This document shows, piece after piece, positions 58,312 through 64,000 of a DNA stretch of 64,000 bases. The translations under genes and the position numbers were made by a program. How positions within the stretch are numbered: position 1 is the first letter of the stretch; each line of letters starts with the position of its first letter. The notes under the pieces were generated by a model, which saw only the letters and a program-made list of their open reading frames with translations, had not been told where the DNA came from and did not search any database. The stretch spans positions 160,001 through 224,000 of the forward strand of contig JAXGPF010000005.1 of NCBI GenBank assembly GCA_040767085.1. Reading direction: 5' to 3'. This stretch comes from Kiritimatiellia bacterium. GTDB lineage: Bacteria > Verrucomicrobiota > Kiritimatiellia > JAAZAB01.

Positions 58312-59352
58312 ATGATTCTGCCATTCATCAAACTCCAAAAGTTCGGCGAACGCCTGCTGATCGCGCGCGGTTTACGCGCCGCCGACGCCAGTTACATCGC
58401 CGCAACGGCCGTTATGACCCAAGCTGGCGGCCTGGCTTCGCACGGCGTGATCCAGTTTCACCGGCTGATGCGTCAACCGGGGGTGATTGACCCGAAACGC
58501 CGGCCTGTTTTAGATCGCAATCGCGGCGCGGTGGCCGTCCTGAATTGCGAAGGCTGTTACAGCCAGGCAGCCCTCCGCCAGGCCTTGATTCTGGGCGAGC
58601 GCAAGGCGCGCAAATACGGACTGGGCATGGTTGCGGTGCGCAACGGCTCATGGCTGGGCGGACTGGGCGCCCACGTTTTACCGCTGGTTCAACGCGGATT
58701 GATGGTGCAGTTCTGGGCTCAATATTCAGCCTGCCGCGACAGCGCGCCCCAGGGCGGGATTGACGCGCGACTCTCCACCAATCCTGTTTGCCTGGGATTT
58801 CCCGCCGGCGCGGCCGGCCGGCTGGTGCTGGCCGATTTTTCCACCGCCGCCATGTCCATGGGCCAGACCATGCAGATGGTGCGGGCGAATCAGCGGGCCG
58901 CCGCGCCGTGCTTCTTCGACCGCAAAGGCCGGTTGACCGATGATCCCAACGTCGTACCCGCCGGCGGCGCCATTGCCTTGATGGGTGGGACGGCCAACGG
59001 TTTTAAGGGTTTTGCCTTCGCCCTGTGGGCCGAGGCTTTGGCGGCTATGGCCGGCGGGTGCACTAATAATCCCCGCGCGTCACAGCGCCAGAACTTCAAT
59101 CTGCTCGTGCTGGATCCGGCGGCATTCGGCGATCCGGAACATTATCACCGCGAGATGCGCCGGCTGGTGCGCTGGGTTAAAACCAGCCGCCCGCAACCGG
59201 GGTCGGATGGAGTCCGCCTGCCAGGCGAGCGTTTTCTTGCCGCCATCGCCCGCGCCCGGCGCCGGGGCGTGCCGGTGGACGACGGACTGCTGGAACTGCT
59301 GAACCGGCAGGCCGATCAATGGGGTGCACCGCGTCTGAACGCATGCGCCTAA
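58312..59352 (+). CDS. Ldh_2-family (malate/L-lactate/sulfolactate type 2) oxidoreductase
   Basis: SHGV, GMVAVRN, STNPVCLG, DFSTAA, FKGFAFAL, VRLPGE. Confidence 0.88.
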   Translation: MILPFIKLQKFGERLLIARGLRAADASYIAATAVMTQAGGLASHGVIQFHRLMRQPGVIDPKRRPVLDRNRGAVAVLNCEGCYSQAALRQALILGERKARKYGLGMVAVRNGSWLGGLGAHVLPLVQRGLMVQFWAQYSACRDSAPQGGIDARLSTNPVCLGFPAGAAGRLVLADFSTAAMSMGQTMQMVRANQRAAAPCFFDRKGRLTDDPNVVPAGGAIALMGGTANGFKGFAFALWAEALAAMAGGCTNNPRASQRQNFNLLVLDPAAFGDPEHYHREMRRLVRWVKTSRPQPGSDGVRLPGERFLAAIARARRRGVPVDDGLLELLNRQADQWGAPRLNACA

Positions 59353-59579
59353 ATCCGGCAGTTGGCAAGTTTACCGCAGATGCGCGGCGGCAAGGATGAC
59401 GGTGTATTAGTATACTCCGAACCCTTGCCAACAAAGCAGATGCGGCAAAATCGCCAACCATTTTCCGGTTTGAAATTCAAAATATTTTCTACACCCGAAA
59501 GGTGTTTGCGACAGAAATCCAATTTTCCCTGTTTTCAATTTCTTATGTCAATTTTTGAATTTCAAATGCCGGATTTAGG
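59348..59579. mobile_element. MITE-3 (232 bp)
   Basis: IRs CCTAAATCCGGCAGTTG and CAAATGCCGGATTTAGG match 16/17; AT-rich interior; partial second copy at 30669-30751; no clear DR. Confidence 0.8.
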
Positions 59580-59653
59580 ATGAGATATCCCGGCCTATAA
59601 AAGGTTTTTCACAGGGGCACAGAGCCCGCAAGGAATGACTTGAAAGGAAATAT

Positions 59654-60766
59654 ATGCATCGCACACGCGTCGGCGTCATTGGCTGCGGCAAAATCAGCGC
59701 GGCTTATTTCAAGGCCGCCAAGTCATTCGGCAACCTGGAATATGCCTATTGTGCCGACTTGAATCCCGCGGCGGCGCGGGCAGCGGCGGAAACTTATAGC
59801 TGCCAGGCTTTGGCGGTAGAGGAACTCCTCCGGCGGCCGGATGCGCCGGTAATCCTGAACCTGACCACCCCGCAGGCGCATGTCGCGGTTAATACCCAGG
59901 CGCTGTTGCAGGGAAAGCACGTGTATTGCGAAAAACCGCTGGCGCTTTCCGTGGAGGATGCCCGGCCGCTGCTGGCGCTGGCGCGGGAACGCAACCTGCG
60001 CGTCGGCTGCGCCCCGGACACCTTTCTCGGCGCCGGCCTGCAAACCTGCCGCAAACTGGTGGACGACGGCTGGATCGGCCGGCCGGTTTCCGGCACGGCG
60101 GTGATGATGGCGCCGGGGCACGAGCATTGGCATCCCAACCCGGCGTTTTATTACCAGCAAGGCGGCGGCGCCCTGTTTGACATGGGCCCCTATTACCTGA
60201 CAGCGCTGGTAACATTGCTGGGGCCGGCGCAAGCGGTAACGGCCATGGCCGGCCGGGGGTTCGAGCAACGGACCTGCACCACGGAAGCGCGGTTGGGTGA
60301 GCGGCTGCCGGTGGAGGTCAATACCCATGTGGCCGGAGTCATCCGGTTCCAGTGCGGCGCGCTGGTGACTGTCATCATGAGCTTTGACGTGGCCAAGCAT
60401 TCCTGCCCCTGCCTGGAACTGCATGGAACGCTCGGCAGCCTGTCGCTGCCGGACCCCAACCGGTTCGGCGGGCCGGTGCGCTTCGCCCGCCGCCGGCAGG
60501 ATTGGACCGAGGCGCCGCTGCTGTTCGGCAACGAGGAAAATGCGCGCAGCATCGGCCTGGCCGATATGGCGCAAGCCATCCAAGGCAGCCGGCCGCACCG
60601 CTGCAACGGGGATCTGGCGCTGCATGTGCTGGAAATCATGTGCGCCCTGGAGCAGTCCGCGGCGGAAAAACGGGAGATTAAAACAACCACCAGTTGCGAG
60701 CGGCCCGCGCCGCTGCCGGCGGGCCTGCTGCCGGGAGAGTTGGAGCATGCCGCCCGGCAAGCCTGA
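59654..60766 (+). CDS. Gfo/Idh/MocA oxidoreductase
   Basis: GCGKIS, HVYCEKP, GCAPDTFLG, WHPNPAFYY, GGALFDMGPYY. Confidence 0.9.
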   Translation: MHRTRVGVIGCGKISAAYFKAAKSFGNLEYAYCADLNPAAARAAAETYSCQALAVEELLRRPDAPVILNLTTPQAHVAVNTQALLQGKHVYCEKPLALSVEDARPLLALARERNLRVGCAPDTFLGAGLQTCRKLVDDGWIGRPVSGTAVMMAPGHEHWHPNPAFYYQQGGGALFDMGPYYLTALVTLLGPAQAVTAMAGRGFEQRTCTTEARLGERLPVEVNTHVAGVIRFQCGALVTVIMSFDVAKHSCPCLELHGTLGSLSLPDPNRFGGPVRFARRRQDWTEAPLLFGNEENARSIGLADMAQAIQGSRPHRCNGDLALHVLEIMCALEQSAAEKREIKTTTSCERPAPLPAGLLPGELEHAARQA

Positions 60767-60889
60767 CGCAGCGCCGTTGCCGCCATGGAACACCGCAAGG
60801 ACACCGCGGACCGCATCGCCTAATCCGCCGCCCGCCGGACATTGGACGCGGCGGTCCCGCGCGCGCCATGGAGCGGACAGCCGGGGCCG

Positions 60890-62161
60890 CTACCGGCGGA
60901 ATTGAACTTCGCGCTCGTAGCGCCTGATCTCGTCCAGCCAGGCAGGTCCAACCGGCACGTTCTGACGCAGGCAATGGCAGTCCCAGACCGCGCCGAACGG
61001 CAGGGATTTCAGTTCCTCCAGCATTGCCAGGCGCGCGGTGAAGTCGCCCCGCAACTCCAGCTTGCGCAACGTACCGGACGGCTCCAGCAATGCCAGCAAC
61101 AGGGCCTTGAGCATACCGCGCGCGCCGATGACCCAGGCCGCCACGCGGTTGATGCTGGCGTCAAAGAAATCCAGCCCGATATGCGCCCGCTCCAGGTAAT
61201 CGCCGCGGACGAGTTCCTCGGCCAGGGCGCGCAACTCATCGGTCAGAGTCGTCACGTGGTCGCTGTCCCAGCGCACGCCCCGGCTGACGTGCAGCAAAAC
61301 CTCGTCCAAACTGGTTAAAACCGCCGAAAGCTTATCCGCCACCGATTCGGTGGGATGGAAATGGCCGGTGTCCAGGCACAGCAATTTGCGGTGCGCGACG
61401 GCATACGCCAGGTAAAAATCATGGGAGCCAACCACGTACGATTCCGAACCCAGGCCGAACAGTTTGCCTTCCAGGGCGTCGCGCGCATGTTTCGGGGAAA
61501 CCGGCGCGGCGAAAATTTCGTCCAACGCCTCGCGCAGCCGCTCCCGCGGCGCGCGGCGGTCGGCCGGCGTGTCTTTCATGCCGTCGGGCACCCAGATATT
61601 GTTGATGCAAGGCGTGCCCAGCCGCCGTCCGATGGCGGCGCTGATGCGGCGGCTGGCCAAGGCGTGGCCGATCCAATAACGGCGGATGGCGCGATCGGCA
61701 TGGGCCAGGGTCATGCCGCTGGCCGCCAGCGGATGCGAGAAGAACGATCCGTTGAAATCAAGCCCCAGTTTATGGCGCGCGGCCCAATCCATCCAGCCGG
61801 CGAAATGCCGCGGCTCCAGGGCGTCGCGCTCGACCCGCCGGCCGCCGGTTTCGGCATAGATGGCATGCAGGTTGACGCGATGCCGGCCGGGAATCAGGGC
61901 CAGCGCCTGTTCCAGGTCGGCGCGCAACTCTCCGGCATTGCGCGCCTTGCCCGGATAATTACCGGTGGGCATCACGCCGCCGAGATCCCCGCCCGCATTC
62001 TCAAACCCCGCCACATCATCGCCCTGCCAGCAATGCATGGAAATGCTGATTTGCGCCAGGCGCTTCAAGACGCGGTCGGTGTTGACGCCCATGGCCGCGT
62101 ACATCTCGCGGGCATTGGCATAGGCTTGTTCGATTTTCCGGGATGCGGGCTGCTTGATCAT
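60890..62161 (-). CDS. rhaA: L-rhamnose isomerase
   Basis: [59 protein letters not shown]. Confidence 0.96.
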   Translation of the reverse strand: MIKQPASRKIEQAYANAREMYAAMGVNTDRVLKRLAQISISMHCWQGDDVAGFENAGGDLGGVMPTGNYPGKARNAGELRADLEQALALIPGRHRVNLHAIYAETGGRRVERDALEPRHFAGWMDWAARHKLGLDFNGSFFSHPLAASGMTLAHADRAIRRYWIGHALASRRISAAIGRRLGTPCINNIWVPDGMKDTPADRRAPRERLREALDEIFAAPVSPKHARDALEGKLFGLGSESYVVGSHDFYLAYAVAHRKLLCLDTGHFHPTESVADKLSAVLTSLDEVLLHVSRGVRWDSDHVTTLTDELRALAEELVRGDYLERAHIGLDFFDASINRVAAWVIGARGMLKALLLALLEPSGTLRKLELRGDFTARLAMLEELKSLPFGAVWDCHCLRQNVPVGPAWLDEIRRYEREVQFRR

Positions 62162-62337
62162 ATTGGGCCTCTCAGGTCGAACGAGTTAACCATCGATAAT
62201 GCTCCCAGCATTAAGGTTTGGGTTTGGGCATATCACAAAAGCAAAGCGGCGTCAAGCTTGCCTGATCCGAAGCCTTATCCAAATGGGGCCGTCGCCATCC
62301 AAAGCCAGACATTCCGGCGGGATGCGGCGGCAGAGGT

Positions 62338-62373
62338 AAAAAACGGGGCGGATTGCCCAGGCAATCCGCCCCG
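62338..62373 (-). terminator. Rho-independent terminator of ppdK
   Basis: On the - strand, CGGGGCGGATTGC-CTGG-GCAATCCGCCCCG followed by TTTTTT. Confidence 0.85.
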
Positions 62374-62402
62374 CTCCATATCTAATTAATCCAACCTGCT
62401 GT

Positions 62403-64000
62403 TTATTTTTTCTTCCGGGCGGATAATGCCGCCTGGGCCGCCGCCAACCGGGCGATCGGCACGCGGTAAGGGCTGCAACTGACGTAATTCAACCCGTTAC
62501 GGAAGCAGAATTCAACTGAGCGCGGGTCGCCGCCCTGCTCGCCGCAAATGCCGATCTTCAGGTCCTTGCGGGTGCCGCGGCCCTTGCTCACAGCCATTTC
62601 GATCAACTGGCCGACACCGTCCTGGTCAATGGTCTGGAACGGATCGTCCTCCAGGATTTTTTTCTCCAGGTAATCGCCCATGAACCCGCCGATATCGTCG
62701 CGGCTGAAGCCGAAGCCCATCTGGGTCAGGTCGTTGGTGCCGAAGGAGAAAAATTCCGCTTCCTCCGCCATGCGGTTCGCCAGCAGGCAGGCGCGCGGAA
62801 TTTCGATCATCGTGCCGAAGGCATGGGGAATCTTGCGCAGCCCCAGCTTGCCCAGCACTTCATCGTAAACGCGCAGGCAAATCGCTTTCTGGTCGCGCAA
62901 CTCGCGCGCATCGCAGGTGACGGGAATCATGATTTCCGGCTTGCACTTCTTGCCGGCGTGGATCATCTCCCCGGCCGCCTCGAAAATGGCCCGGACCTGC
63001 ATCTCCGTCACTTCCGGATAAGTCACGCCCAGGCGCACCCCCCGGTGGCCCATCATGGGATTGGACTCATGCAACTGTTCCCCGCGTTTACGCACTTCTT
63101 CCGGGGTAATCCCCAGGCTGTTTGCCAGTTCGGCCTGCTTCTCGGCGCTCTGCGGCACGAACTCGTGCAGGGGCGGATCCAGCAGGCGGATCGTCACCGG
63201 CAAGCCTTCCATGGCTTCCAGGGTGCCCTTGATGGAGCGCTTGACGAAGGGGTACAGTTCATCCAACGCCCGCCGCCGTTCGGCGACGGTATGGCTGAGG
63301 ATCATCTTGCGCAGCAGGAAGAGCGGCTGATCGCTGCCCTGGCCGTAGAACATGTGTTCCGTGCGGAACAGTCCGATGCCTTCCGCGCCGAAATTCCGGG
63401 CATTGGCGGCGTCTTCCGGCGTATCGGCGTTGGTGCGCACGCCCAGGGTGCGGTGCTTGTCCACCATCTTCATGAATTTCTGGAAGCGCGGATTTTCCGT
63501 GGCGTCAATCATTTTCAACTGGCCGGCATACACGTAACCCCGCGTGCCGTTCAAGGTGAGGGCGTCGCCCTCGCCGAAGGTTTTCCCGCCGGCTTCCAGG
63601 GTGCGCGCAGCCGCATTGATATGCAGGGCGCTGGCGCCGACGATGCAGCACTTGCCCCAGCCGCGGGCCACCAGGGCGGCGTGGCTGGTCATCCCGCCGC
63701 GCGCGGTCAGAATGCCTTCGGCGGCGCGCATGCCTTCCACGTCTTCGGGATTGGTTTCTTCGCGCACCAGGATGACATGCTTGCCTTCCTTGGCCGCCTG
63801 CACGGCGGCGGCGGCGGTGAAGACGATCTGGCCGCAGGCGCCGCCCGGACCGGCCGGCAGCCCCTTCGCCAGCACGGCGGCGGTTTTTTCGGCCTGCGGA
63901 TCAACGATCGGGTGCAGCATTTCATCCAGTTGCGCGGGAGTGATCCGCATCACGGCTTCCCCCTCGCCGATCAGCCGTTCGCCGACCATGTCCATGGCCA
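62403..64000 (-). CDS. ppdK: Pyruvate, phosphate dikinase (C-terminal part)
   Basis: GGMTSHAA, GIGLFRTEHMF, RLLDPPLHEF, FSFGTNDLTQ, GICGE, YVSCSPYRVPIARLAAAQ. Confidence 0.97.
   Translation of the reverse strand, partial: AMDMVGERLIGEGEAVMRITPAQLDEMLHPIVDPQAEKTAAVLAKGLPAGPGGACGQIVFTAAAAVQAAKEGKHVILVREETNPEDVEGMRAAEGILTARGGMTSHAALVARGWGKCCIVGASALHINAAARTLEAGGKTFGEGDALTLNGTRGYVYAGQLKMIDATENPRFQKFMKMVDKHRTLGVRTNADTPEDAANARNFGAEGIGLFRTEHMFYGQGSDQPLFLLRKMILSHTVAERRRALDELYPFVKRSIKGTLEAMEGLPVTIRLLDPPLHEFVPQSAEKQAELANSLGITPEEVRKRGEQLHESNPMMGHRGVRLGVTYPEVTEMQVRAIFEAAGEMIHAGKKCKPEIMIPVTCDARELRDQKAICLRVYDEVLGKLGLRKIPHAFGTMIEIPRACLLANRMAEEAEFFSFGTNDLTQMGFGFSRDDIGGFMGDYLEKKILEDDPFQTIDQDGVGQLIEMAVSKGRGTRKDLKIGICGEQGGDPRSVEFCFRNGLNYVSCSPYRVPIARLAAAQAALSARKKK

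Overview
GC-rich bacterial chromosomal segment. The gene content and style suggest the PVC superphylum, probably Kiritimatiellota/Lentisphaerota (inference only). Housekeeping genes are tpx, rpoN, der, malic enzyme, tRNA-Glu(CTC), nagB, topB, dprA, a Nudix hydrolase, lpxB, rhaA and ppdK. Envelope genes are an arnT-arnB-arnC cluster, a GnnA-like oxidoreductase next to lpxB, a GT2 and an outer-membrane beta-barrel. Many carbohydrate-catabolic genes are present, including a partly decaying GntR/LacI-headed cluster at 45.7-58 kb. A lower-GC islet at about 36-40.4 kb carries a BstYI-like type II R-M pair, an AraC pseudogene, a transposase remnant and a secreted esterase. Main observations: (1) three mobile elements (two MITEs and an IS1202-type IS), each with an intact target duplication, are stacked in one ~30-bp site at 10.75-12.65 kb; (2) a third MITE family supplies a gene's stop codon; (3) exported proteins show strong Thr-Asn enrichment, and two share a C-terminal G-x-hydrophobic-F-x-x-R tail, which could be an undescribed modification/sorting system; (4) a YraN-like gene overlaps dprA. 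No CRISPR array, rRNA or prophage was seen. All family calls come from motif recognition by eye, not database searches.
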